Assembly (NCBI GenBank): GCA_977862235.1
Contig: OZ374558.1
Location: 992,001-1,056,000 of the forward strand
Direction of reading: 5' to 3'
Length of the DNA: 64,000 nucleotides
Source: Dudresnaya verticillata
Lineage: Eukaryota
The position numbers and the translations under genes were made by a program. Positions 23,818 to 35,842 of this stretch are shown one piece after another; position 1 is the first letter of the stretch, and each line of letters opens with the position of its first letter. A model generated the notes under the pieces. It worked only from the letters and a program-made list of their open reading frames with translations, was not told the origin of the DNA and made no database searches.

Positions 23818-24417
23818 TGTAGCACAACGGGTCCAGCCCAGGAAGAGCAAAAAGAACAAAGGACACCTGTCAGGAACCGTCGTGCTCACAGGTAGCTCGG
23901 GTGAGGTAGAGGCTTTGGTAGAATGGCGCTAGGCCAGGAAAAAGGAAAAGGAAAGGGGGGACGCGACCCGGTATTCCGCAGGGAACCTGTCGTACGGTGA
24001 CGAGCCTGTAGTTGGCGTCCAAAACGGGAACGGGAAGCGCCCGGAATCCAGAAAATGGTCAAGACCGAGAAACTCCCCGTGGGGTTCAATCAGGGGTGCC
24101 CTGCTATTCAGGGGACCAATAAATAGGGCTTGTGCCCGTGCTAATACTAACTACTACAGTGTACTGTACACGAATTACATTGAGCAATGGGAGGCGGATC
24201 TACGCCCCTGTGGCGGAGTATAATCGGGAAATATCCCAACGCTGCACCAATGACCAGGCGCCAATTGCTCGTCTGAGGCGCAGATGAGTTCGCGCCAGGC
24301 GCCAATCCCGTGTCGCATCATGGCGCAGTCCAGCAATGCCAGCGCCTGACAGGGCATTGGCCCGTTACGACTTACAGCGTCGAGCGCCCACTTGGCGCAA
24401 ATCGCCGTTGTGCCACA
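23818..24417 (-). repeat. 3' LTR (600 bp)
   Basis: TGTAGCAC...GTGCCACA; about 20 substitutions and a 6-bp indel versus 35843-36436 by eye. Confidence 0.95.
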
Positions 24418-24428
24418 CGGCCCCCCTC
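24418..24428 (-). other. Polypurine tract
   Basis: Minus strand GAGGGGGGCCG directly before the 3' LTR. Confidence 0.75.
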
Positions 24429-24991
24429 GTAAGACCGAGAGCCCCGCGAGGTCTGAGCCGTTTCGGTGCCACAGTTTCCAATTTGCATTGGCGTTCCGCC
24501 AGAATTGTCGGGCCAAAGCCAGTGCAGCGTAACGTTGCGACTGGGACGCCGTCGTCGAGAAGTCCCACACTCTGAGCCAGCGCTCCCAAAATCGTGAGCG
24601 TATATCAGGGTGTGTACCCGCGTCTGCGCAAAGTGTTTTGCGCCGGTGCCCATCCCAACTCGCGCGCACATCCATGCCTCGTCGGCCGCCTGCCTCGAGC
24701 ACGGGCAGCCCCTTCCTTCCATACTTCCTCCGCGGGTGAGTCCCTTTCGGCAATCTCCGCGTGTCAACGCCGCGCGCGCGTCCTTCCCGCCAACTTGCGT
24801 CTCCCACGCGTAGGGAACGCCACCGCAAGTCGACGGTCGCACGACGCGGACTTCCTCGCGCTCCACGCACATCATCGCCCCGACCGACCGTCTGGTCAAG
24901 CCAGCGACTTGGCAATTTTCAGAAGAAGACCTCCGGGCCAGGCCCGTTTAAAGTGGTATCGCACCCTCAGGGGTAACCTCTTGGCACGGCG

Positions 24992-27333
24992 ATGCCAGTT
25001 AATCCAAACTTTCAATATGGCCAACCTGGGTCGTCGGACAATGTGGGGCCGGTTGCCATCGTGGCAGGGGGGGTCCCAGCGGACATTGCGGCTAGCCGCG
25101 ACTGGCGAGTCCGAACGGATCTGCACCACGTGAAATCGCTCGCTGGGGCGAGCCGTGACGAGATACACCGCCTTGGCGGGAAACGGGCTGAAGCCAAAGC
25201 ATGGAACACGCTGATTCGGGCGCGTGTGAGCCACCTCGCAATGGCGACCTTGCGGATCATGACGCCGGGGCTTTTCCCCTTTGATCTGGCTCGCGCCCGC
25301 TGGCGTTGGGAGGTTCCCTGGGTCGAGAAGATGGCCAGTTTCATCGGTGACCAGAAGTTCGTCCTGGACGAGATGGCTCTCGCGGATGGGTATGATCTTC
25401 GGGCTGTTGGCCATCCTCGACCTTTCATTCCTGCTGGTAGGGACAACTTCCCGTATAATACCACCAGGATCACCCTTCCGAATAATCGGACCACTTACAA
25501 GTATCACTTCGACACGCCGCAGACGGCCCTTCCCCACGAAGCCGCTCGGTTTGAGCGTCGACAGCGCCATCGCACCGGGTGCTTAGTCCCGTTCCATTGT
25601 CAGGAGGTAACGGCCACAAAGCCGGAGAAGTTCACGAGCAAATACCCCCAGCTGCCCCCGGATTACGAGTACTATGAAGTGTCGTATTCGATGCCTGTGG
25701 GCGTTCCCACCATCGTGGCATACCTGGGTTTGGAACTGATGCAGTCCTCGGTGGACCGAAGCCTGCTTTGGCTGATCTATCGGCACGAACGTATCGTTCT
25801 CATTACGCAGGTATTCATGTACGAAGCACCGAAGGGCCGCTTGTTCTTCATCAACCAGAAGATTCGCGACGATATCCGCGAGATAGGTTCGTCTGAATTT
25901 ACGGCGAACGCCGACGATGCTGTCGATTTGGACTCGCTCCTTCTTTTCGTTGAACGCATCGTGTGGAGACGGGTCTCGAAGCGTAATGGGTTCTTGCCCG
26001 AGGATACGGGAGTCATCACGCCGGTGTTTGACCGGGGAGATTGGGTCGACTTCGACCCTGATGCGTGGGTGCCCGACATTCCGGAGGATCTGCTCAAAAC
26101 CGTCCCAGTGGACGCTAGTTCGATCGAAGCGGATGAAGGCCAGCGCCAGCGCTCTGGATTCACCGCCGGGTGGGTCTGCAACAACTGGCAGGAGCCCAAG
26201 ACGCCAGCGGACGTGCCCCCGTTCGATACTTTGACCGATGGTCAGCCCCCGGGCCCTTATGCCCCGCTTGTCATTCATGGTCGAAGCAAAGCGGATGCCG
26301 CGATTCGGGAGGTTTTCCGTCAGCGCGGCTTGGCGGTGCGCCTTCATATGTACTGGGGCATCCAGAATCTCAATGTCAACTCCCTGGCGGATTGGGTGGA
26401 GTCGGCAATGGTAGACTATGAGGCTGCATGGGTGACTACTCCGGGTCCCGTCCACAAGATGTCGGAACATTTCCGGGGCTTGCCCCGTTTGGGTGAGTCG
26501 GCCAAGATTGAGCGAGAAGCGCCAGTTGCGCGGGAGGATCCGACCACAGCTGTAGCTGATGTTACTTCTGTTACGCCACAACCCTCCGGTCCAGTGGCCG
26601 TCACTGCGCTCGCTTCTGACAGCGGGACCAGGGCTAGGACTCGTCATGGTCTCGGCTCAGTCAGCCGTCAAGCGAGTCAGGAAGAGGAGATAGCGCAAGG
26701 CTTGGCAATTCAGGGCATCACCATCCCTGGTAATGGAGGGAGTGCCCCACTTACTGAGGGGCGCGACGATCGCGAGACCGACGTGGCCATGGCGTCCTTT
26801 CCTCCGTCTACGGAAGTCGCCCTGGGGCAACCCCGTCTCAAGAGCCAACAACAACGGCGGCAGCGACGGCACCGGCCAGCGAGAGGGTTGAGGATAGGAT
26901 CGAGCCGGCTGCTCCTGCGGCGCCGCCTGCTCCAGCGTCCAATTCGGCCCCTGGGGCAGTGGTGGTGTCTTCCCCGCCGACGGGCGAGGCGGCGCCGGCG
27001 CTGCCTATTGAAGGCAACGCGGTGTCCGGGCCTGGCCTGATCGAGTCTGACTTAGTGCAGCCCGCGGCCCAGGCGACAGCAGTGGACATCAGCAGGGCAT
27101 CAGCCGGTGAGGGATCGCAATTCATGCAGGAAGAAGGCGGGGGCCTGATTAAGACCGAGCTCATCATTAAGGAAGAGCTCGAAGAGGAGCCAACTCCTAT
27201 GGAAACGGATCCTGCTCAGCCGCGAGTGCGTCGCATCATCCGCGAAGTGCGGCGTATCGTTCACCCGGTTGGTGCCGTGCGTCCAGCTAATGTGGACAAC
27301 GACGTTGTAGTTGACCTGACGGAGGATGAGTAG
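24992..27333 (+). CDS. Antisense accessory ORF of the gypsy element, unknown function (~780 codons, one frameshift near 26820)
   Basis: 682-aa ATG ORF; from about 26821 the -1 frame is open (PGATPSQEPTT...) into ORF 26959-27333; AATAAA at about 27426. Confidence 0.8.
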
Positions 27334-28117
27334 ACTCCCATCCTCCTGTTGCTCATTAGGGCGTTTAGCCCAAGAAGTTAGTGCGGGTTTGCCGCGTAGA
27401 AGTTAATGTCTGTGCATGAGTTAAGAATAAAAGTCACTGTTGACGGGGGAATTCGCCAAGCTAATGGCTGCCGCCAACCTCGGTTGGGTTAGTGTTAAAG
27501 TTAAAGTGCGCGTCGTGCGCGAGTTAGCCTCGTTGGCTTGTCCCGTAGGCCAGTTGGCTTGTACAGTAGGCCAGGGTCTCAGCCCTGTTTCAGCTTCCGG
27601 GCATAGGAGGTGAGCCTCCGCTCCATGATACTTGCATCATTTGGCAGAGAGGGAAGAAGGCCCTTATCCCCGGATGCCCAGCGTAGCGGCGAACGGGTCG
27701 AGAACGCCCCTTAGCGTCGCATCGAGGCCAGCCTCTAAGGCAGGCAGCTTGCGGCCTTCCCCCTTGCAGTGGGGAAGGAGACAGTTGTTTCCAAAACAAT
27801 GCTTGGCGTACGTGCGCGTACAATACTCGGTATCATACTGTCGCCAGACAGTGTCCTTTCCCACTTGAGATATATCTCCGCTCACTGTACGGCCACAGTA
27901 CGCCCAACGGCACCAGTTGCCAGCACTGTGCTATTTTGGCTTACACCTCTGCCCGTGGCATCGGACGATGCCGCCTTGTGTGTCGCCTCGCACTGTATCA
28001 GGCCGTGAAGCCAAAGGGGGCGTTGAGGCCGAGATATCTCTACCATATGGTAGTCCGCCTATCTCCAGGCGCTTGTCAACTCCCGGCCCAATGGGGGAGC
28101 TATGTCGCATACGCGAG

Positions 28118-31100
28118 TTAAAGGGGAATGCCCCGTTTGCGATGGTACCTCGCCACGAGGTTGTGAGGAAGATTCTCCCGGGGTTCCCACGTGTCGTCAG
28201 AGGCCGAGCGCTGGTGCCAGCGGATCTTATACCGTGCCGACTCGGGGTCATAGGACATGATCCGATCATAGACGTGCTCCCGCGGAATAGGGCGCTGATA
28301 GCGCGAGAAGCGGCGCTCCGTTGGCGAAGTCTCAGGCTCTGGCGCAGGGCTTTCGCTCTCAACGGCGGGAGGGGTGTCGTTAGTGGGCCTCGTCTGTCCC
28401 GGCTGTAGTGCGGTCAAGGGCACGGTTCCCGCTTCGATGGGGCCTGGCCCAGTAGCCGGATTCGCCTCCATGATAGTAGGGGCTTCACCCCAAGCATCCA
28501 GCGACTCGTCAGGGGGAGGTGCTAGCGTTACCCTGTCTAGGGAGACTGATTCCCGTTCGCCCTTGACCTCAAGGACCACAACGTGGGTGCCACGATCCAC
28601 CACCACCTTATATGGGCCTAGCGCCTTAGGAAACAGTTTGCCTTCGCGATCCACGCCATCCACGTCTTTCACCCGAGTCTCGCGCTCAAGGAACACCCAG
28701 CTGCCAACGCCAATATTCCGGTTCGCAGGGCGGACCCGTCGGTTGAAGTCCGCTTGATAGCGTTTCTGCGCGAGCCTTAGACGGGGTAGAGCGGTGTTCA
28801 TCAATCGCTCCAATCGCTCTGATAAGCGTTTCTTGACGTTAGTCGCGGGGACATTAGCAACTTCCACCGTCTCGGATCGCTCCAGGAGCAGGGAGTTCGG
28901 GGGATTTGAGATCACCAGATCGAAAGGGGATAGCCCCGTGGCTTTGTGCACCGTGGTATTGTACGCAAACGTGAGTGCGTTAGAAAACTCATCCCAGTCA
29001 CGCTGATTCTCAGCGATGAAGTGCCTTAGCCCGGCGAGAATGGTGCGATTAAAGCGTTCGGTCTGGCCGTTACTTTGCGGGTGATAAGTAGACGTAAATA
29101 GATTACGCACTCGCAGAATGCTGCAAATGTTCATGAAGAACTTCGAGGCAAACTGGGACCCATTGTCCGATAGCACATACCGCGGAGGTCCATATACATA
29201 GACCCAGTGGTCGCAGAAGGCCTTAGCGACGGTATAGGCCGTAATCGTCTTGAGCCGCACAGTCCGGGTTAGCTTTGAGAAGCGATCCGTGATCACGAGT
29301 AAATACTCATTTCCCTTGCTTGACTTGGTCAATGGACCTAAAATGTCGATTCCGACAAACTCCAAAGGAGCCGTGGCGGGGAAGAGCTTGAGAAGCGAAG
29401 TATGCTTCCTGAGCTTGACTCGCTCTTTCGCGCACTGGACGCAATTCCAAACGGTTGAGTAGACGGCCAAGGCCATATCTGGCCAATACACTTGCCGGCG
29501 TAGGTTGTGAAACATGCGGGTTCCCCCTGGGTGGCCAGCGAGGGCCGGATAATGGGCCAAATGTAGCACCTTTTCGCGAAGGGTCGCGGGTATGAGAACC
29601 TGTATGGCCCCATCCACGTATGCCTTGCGGGCGAGAAGCCCTCGTTCGTCTTCCAAGTAGCACCAGGGGCTTCCCATATCAAGGCGCTTCTGCACGTCTT
29701 GGCAGAACGAGTCTCGTTTTTGCTCTCGGAGCAGCTCCTCTACCGTAACTTGTGAGACGCTGCCCTCGTCGGCACGCTTCTCCGCCACTGTGGCGATGAG
29801 TATCTCGTCCATGTGACTGTAATCCTCGAGGGGTTCGATGTCCCACGCCTCGAGGGGCTCTATGTTGAGGGGTCTATCCGTGACCACCATTGACTCCGCT
29901 GAAGTCATTCGGACTGGACCGTCTTCCTCTTCGACTATGAAGCAAGGTATCTCGAGATCAGGCTCCTTGTGGATATGACCCCATGTAGGAAGGCGAGACA
30001 CCGCGTCGGCAATCTGGTTCTTACGCCCCGTCTGGTATTGGACCGTAAAGTCATATTCCAAAAGGCGAAGCCTCCATCTCGCCAAGCGTCCTGACGCGTC
30101 AGACATACTCATGATCCAGCGTAACGCTTGATGATCCGTGAAAAGATCGAAGTGAGACCGCTCCAAATAGGGTCGCAATATCTGTACTGCCCATACGACG
30201 GCGAGACACTCTTTCTCTCCGACTGAGTAGTTCTTCTCAGCTTTCGTTAGCGAGCGGCTCCAGAACCCAATAGGGTGCCGATCACCATTCTCATCGGTCT
30301 GCATCAGGGCACAGCCCACTTGATAGTCGCACGCGTCGGTGTCGACTGATAATTGGCGTCCCACTTGCGGTAGTTGCAGTATGGGAGGAGCCACGAGTGC
30401 TTTCTTCAGAAGCGAGAAGGAATCTCCTTGTTCCTCGTTGAACGTCGGGAGGTTGAAATCCACTGTCTTCTGCAGTAATGCGTTAAGCGGCGCAGCGACT
30501 CTCGCAAAGTTGGGCACGAACCGTCTATAAACGTTGCACAAGCCAAGGAAAGAGCGTAGCTGCGTTTGCGTCTTTGGTTCCCTGAACCCGTCGATGGCTT
30601 GTGTGTTCTTCGAGGCGACCTCCAGGAGGCCAGAGCGGACCACGTGTCCCAGATAATCGACGCTCTTCGCGAAGAAGTTACATTTCTTCAACTTCAGCGA
30701 TACTCCAGCGTTCTGGAGCACCTCCAGGATTTCCTTTACGTGAGCAAGGTGCTCTTTGACGCTTTTGGAGAAGATGATGATATCATCCAGATATACCAAG
30801 CACGACTTCCATCTGAATCCAGACAGGAGGATGTCGACCGTTCGCTGGAACGTGGCTGGGGCATTACATAGCCCAAAGGGCATGCGGCAAAATTGGAAGC
30901 ATCCAGCGTGACAAGTGAACGCCGTCTTCGTCTGGTCTTCCTTGGCGAACGGTATCTGCCAGTAGCCAGAATTACAATCAAGCGTTGTGAAGAATTGGGC
31001 ATCTCCCAGGGAGTCCAGGTATTCGTCCATACGGGGCAAAGGATAAGAATCCTTGATCGTTACTGCATTAAGCTTTCGATAGTCGACGCAAAAGCGTAAG

Positions 31101-31470
31101 GAGCCATCAGGCTTATTGACCAGCACGACTGGGCTCGCGAATTCCGACCGCGCGGGTTGTATGACCCCTGCTTCCAACATCTTGGTTACTTCCGCTTGTT
31201 CAGCCTGTCGAGCTTTGGGGCCTGCCCGATAGGGTTGTGAGAAGACGGGCTTCGTCCCTGGTTTGAGCTCGATACGGTGCTCCGTGACTTTGATAGTCCC
31301 GAGTTTACCACTCCACATTTCCGAGAATGGCCGGAGCATCTTGCGTACTCGACGCTGATCCTTTGGTTCCAGATGTGAAAGGTTTAGGTCTTCGACCGTC
31401 ATGTTGGCGACCGAGACCTTAATTCCTGGTTTTGGATCCGTATCCGGAGAGAAGGCAGCAGCAAGCCCTG
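28118..31470 (-). CDS. pol: pol: reverse transcriptase, RNase H, integrase, chromodomain
   Basis: LRFCVDYRKLN, MPFGLCNAPATF, YLDD; TDACD, EKECLA, TDHQAL, ADAVSR; H..HPG..C..C, GIDILGP, SDNGSQF, GQTERFN, GPYKV; YKIRW...DTWEPRENL. Confidence 0.96.
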
Positions 31471-32498
31471 CCCCCCACATCGAGCGACGGCTCGTCGGGT
31501 TCGTGAGGAGCAGATGGGCCGTCCTCGAAGGACAGAGCGTACACTGGGGTTGTGGAAGGAGCCGGAATGGCGTGTCCAATCTTCTGGCGTTTGGCCAGTC
31601 GCTTCGGGCCTTGAGAGAAATTGGCGACCTTGACCCGGAACGGCCGGTTAGGTTGCACGTCGATGATGCCATTTGTGGCCACCAGACCCTGGCGGTCGTA
31701 GAGCCGCTGGAATGAATCCATGAAGTGTACACCTCGCGCCGGGCACGTGACCGTGACCCATGCTTCTGACGCCGCGGGTATAACAACCGAATGTGCCACG
31801 CGCAGGTGCCGCGGTTCGGGAGGACCAGTGGGGACCTCTTGTGATTCCGCGGGGCGCGAGGCGCGTGGAAGTCCGCATCGTCGGCGTAATATCGGGTGTA
31901 TGGACCCATCACGCAAGACGGCGCTTTGACGCTTGATTCTTAAGTTATCGACATGGTGGTCGATGAAGGTACAACCCAGGATCACATCCACGGCGAGTGC
32001 TTGGACGACGATGAACGGTTGTCGGACCTTGTGGGTTCCGATTCGAACGTATAGGGAGATAGTCCCTAAGGTAGTTAGTTTGTGCCGTGAAGCGGAAGTT
32101 AGATTCACGATGGACCGGCCAGAAGCGATCTTCTTTTGATCCTCCGAGGAAAGAGCACCAGCTCGTATGAGGTTGGGGCCTGCCCCTGTATCCAGGACCG
32201 AAAGGACGCGAGAGAGTTCGTCAAGAGAGGTCCCAATGGACGCTGCCACTTTATAGTTATATCGCGACAGCGCGCATATGGGATCCTTACAATACTCATC
32301 AAAAGTGCGTCCTCGAGGAATCCCTAGAGGGCGAGGTAAGATCTTCCTTGGGAGGAGGTTTGTGTCGGATGCTGGTTCCGGCCGATCCGGGGATAACGGG
32401 GACGGGTGGCCGTCCTCGCTCGATCGGTCGGGGGACCCCGGGTCGCGTAGCAAGAGCTGCGGTTCGACGGGGTCCAAGGTCCCCCAGTCTAGTTTTTC
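31419..32498 (-). CDS. Retropepsin aspartic protease region
   Basis: VLDTGAGPNLI and DVILGCTFI; -1 frame relative to gag; slips into the pol frame at a G run near 31470. Confidence 0.9.
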   Translation of the reverse strand, partial: EKLDWGTLDPVEPQLLLRDPGSPDRSSEDGHPSPLSPDRPEPASDTNLLPRKILPRPLGIPRGRTFDEYCKDPICALSRYNYKVAASIGTSLDELSRVLSVLDTGAGPNLIRAGALSSEDQKKIASGRSIVNLTSASRHKLTTLGTISLYVRIGTHKVRQPFIVVQALAVDVILGCTFIDHHVDNLRIKRQSAVLRDGSIHPILRRRCGLPRASRPAESQEVPTGPPEPRHLRVAHSVVIPAASEAWVTVTCPARGVHFMDSFQRLYDRQGLVATNGIIDVQPNRPFRVKVANFSQGPKRLAKRQKIGHAIPAPSTTPVYALSFEDGPSAPHEPDEPSLDVGGRACCCLLSGYGSKTRN

Positions 32499-35256
32499 GG
32501 CACACGGCCGTTTCTTGCTGATGGGGATGCCGGTAAAGGCGGAGGAGGTGGGAACGGTCTGCCACTTGGGCGAGGAGAGCGGGGGTTACTCCGCGGCCTA
32601 TCCACAGGATGGTTGAGTGCATCGGCGAACTGCACCTGGGGACTTGTCGGTCGGGGTGCCCCCCTATTCTCCGGGTGCGGGCTGACCGCGCCCTCGTTGA
32701 AATGTCGGCGTGAATTTTGAGGACCTGGATCCGAGGGACGCATCTCATTCGCGAATGATGGCGAACGGCCCACGATGGACAGCCATTCCCGTTGCTCCCT
32801 GGAGAGTTGGGCATAGTGGTTACGTAGTATCTGTGAGAAGCCACGCTCGTCTGTTCGTGCCAGATATGGGCAATTGGGCTTTTTATGCCCGATACCCAGA
32901 CATTCGAAGCAGATGTCATTTGGCCTATCCTCCACCACTAGCCAGCCGGGACGCTGTGTGCGAGATGGTTGGGCCCACGAGAGAAGCCTCGGATTCTGGT
33001 TGGATAGTACCGCACTGACGGAGTCATAATAGCTGTCCGTAGCGTCCGACGGGGCTGTGGACCAGACTCCCGATGTTGTTACGGACGAATCCGGCGCTTG
33101 GGTGTCGATGGCCGCCACCACAGCGTCCTCCGAATCGCAGCTAGTCCTTGTAGAGCCACCACTGTCACTTGACGCGACCTCAGTGTTGGGACGTCCCTGT
33201 CTGACCAGTAACGCCCGTCCGGCCTTCTTGGATTTAATGGACGACTTTCGTCGCAACATTGAAGCACCAGAGACACGCTCTCGACGACCAGCGCCCACGA
33301 GGGCCCGGTGTGAGTCACCTTGGGCAGTAGCCAGTTCCACATAGTCGGCAAGCTTTGCCGCCCGTGGGTCCAAACCCGAATTACTCAGTAACAGCTTTGT
33401 GGCCGGCAAGAGTCCACGGATGAACCGGGTAATCAGGTCCTGTTCTGTATACACACCCGCGACCTTTCGAGCCTTATTCTGGGGCGCCGTGAGAAGGTCA
33501 CTTCGTCCTCATCCTCGGCTTGTGCCATACGGTCCATTTCCGATGCTATCCTCTCGATGTACACGTCCTTCGCATATGTGCGTAGGAGGTAATTGACGGC
33601 CTCGGGCCACTCGGAGAACCCTCCATTATCATCCCCGGCCACGTCGAAGTTGGCTTCGAACATGTCTCGCGCATCCTTATCCAGGAATTCGGGAAGCACA
33701 AGGATTGCTGCTCCTTCGCTTATCCTGGCTTGGTCCAGTTGGCGCTTCAAAGCGGATAAGAAGCCAATGAGCGCAACTGGATCACTTCCGTCGAACTTGC
33801 GACTCTTCATGACGGACTTGATCCTCTTGATCTTTTTCAACGTGTCCTCCGTGACTTCTGGACCCCTGTATTGGTCCAGGTTCAGCAGACGATAGCGTCG
33901 ATAAGAGAGAACCTGAATGAAAGCCGGGTTCTGCGGAGCCAGCTCCTTAACGTCCGAGCGTCTAGGTCCTCGCCAAGAGGGGCGCGATGAACTCCTCGGT
34001 GGGGAACTATCCTTTTCGGAGAACTGCGGCTGACGCCGCTGCGCCGACCGACGTGGTTCATCCCGGTTTCGACGGGATTCAGTCCCTTGACCAGTACGGC
34101 AGGTTTTGCAACCGGAATGCGCCGCGCGCGGGTTGTCCACATCCGAATGGTCGTGTACCGATTCCGCATCGGAGTCTCGCCTAGGCGAATGACGTCGCCG
34201 GTCTCGAGTGCCCTTTGGCACCGGGCTCCGGCGACGTTCCACTTCAGGCGATAAGTTCTTCTCAAGAAGGCATAACTGGAGACGAGTCTCGATTATATTG
34301 ACCCGACGCCGTTCGTCAGCTAGCTCCTTCCGTAAGAGCGCAATTGCTCGGTCCTGTTCTACGCACATGGCGTCGTTCCCATCGAGACGAAGGGCCCGAA
34401 CTGCTTCGGACGCTTCTTCCCGGGAGAGGTCCACTACTCGAGTGAGGGACTCAAAATCTCCGTGGATCGTTTCCACCCGCTCCACGAGCGATTCTATCCT
34501 CGCATCGAGTGATTCCATTTCATCCGCCACTCTCTGTCCTGTATCGGAGTGGCGGATGCGGCCGGTCATTTCCACTTGACACAAGGTCAGTATCCGCTCA
34601 TCTCGGCGACCGGCTGACTCATCAATATAGCGTTTTACACGCGTGAGCGTTTCATCAGCCTGTGCTGCGGCAAGCGGCCTGATTTGGGTCGCTACGAGGT
34701 GACCAACACCATCAGCGACCATTCGGTGGATCTCCGATTCCGTAAAGCATCGGACGTCCTCCGAATTGGTATTCGTTCGGGTCGGCTGCCCATATCCAGG
34801 CGCCGAGTCGACCTCTGTCGGTGCCGCGTAATCGGTCGATCGTCCACTGGGGAGTCGCCCTGATTCCGGCATCACTTCTGGACCCTGGTCCTCATTCCCA
34901 TCCACGTGTGTGGATGTTTGCGGTTCTGACCGGGTCATTTTTCCTTCAAACGAGGCCGAATCCCTTCCAGGGTTCGGCATTAAACCGGGAGTAGTCCCGA
35001 GAACAAGGTCGGGCCTCGAACTTCCAACCAATGGCGGTCGTTCGCGGTTTGATCTTGGTTCGGGACCGTCTTCATCGGGGGCGTCGCCGTTGGTATGGCG
35101 TCGCCCCAATCGCCCGTCCGAAGGGCTGCGCCTTAGCGCGGCAGTCCCTGAACGGGTGGTAACGCCCGAGATACGGACGGAGGAAAGACTTCCGGCACGA
35201 CTGCCACCACGGCCGATGAGGCTCGGCCTGGTTGTATCGCCGTTTGATGTCGGCAT
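32489..35256 (-). CDS. gag: gag with zinc knuckle, one frameshift near 33480
   Basis: KFDGSDPVALIGFL capsid-like segment; CFECLGIGHKKPNC (CX2CX4HX4C); ORFs 33433-35256 and 32489-33454 overlap. Confidence 0.88.
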
Positions 35257-35823
35257 CTTTCCGAGAGTATGGGACTAATAACCCGTCCCAAAAATAGGTA
35301 GTAATTCCGGAAGGACCGGTGGGTCGATGGGACTTTTTCCCGATGCGCCAACCGGCGTTCCATATGTGTTGTCGCACGAGACGGTGCGTCGAAGGGGAAT
35401 CCTTTCCAGCTTGAGCACGGTGCTCGTACGTAAGCCTTGGTAGACTTCAGGGCTACCAGCGATTTCTCCAAGAGGACTCTCCAACTTGTGCGCTGGCACG
35501 GCCTGTACAAAAGGACGGTGTTTTACCAGGCACCGATAACCTGTCGAAGCAGTCTTGAGGGGGGCGTCAGTCACGCCCTCAACGGCAACTTCTAAATGGC
35601 CACTAGGGCCGTTTGTAATTCCAAGAATAAACGTGCTCGCCACTGATTTGACGCTACTCAGCGGCTTGAGATGGAGCGTAGAAACAGTCAACAATCCTGA
35701 CTAGGGTTTCAACACCGGTTGGCCGGGAAACTTGTCCTTGACACGAAACAACGTCTTGAGTCTTGTACTCGTTGAGTTAACCAACCAGGGTTGAGGAAGA
35801 AAGGGGAAACCAACCCAGAACAC

Positions 35824-35841
35824 TTCTAGGTCGGGAGACCA
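35824..35841 (-). other. Primer-binding site, 18 nt, tRNA-Tyr-like
   Basis: TGGTCTCCCGACCTAGAA 1 nt inside the 5' LTR; its complement fits tRNA positions 59-76 with C61, G72, A73 and CCA. Confidence 0.85.
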
Positions 35842-35842
35842 A

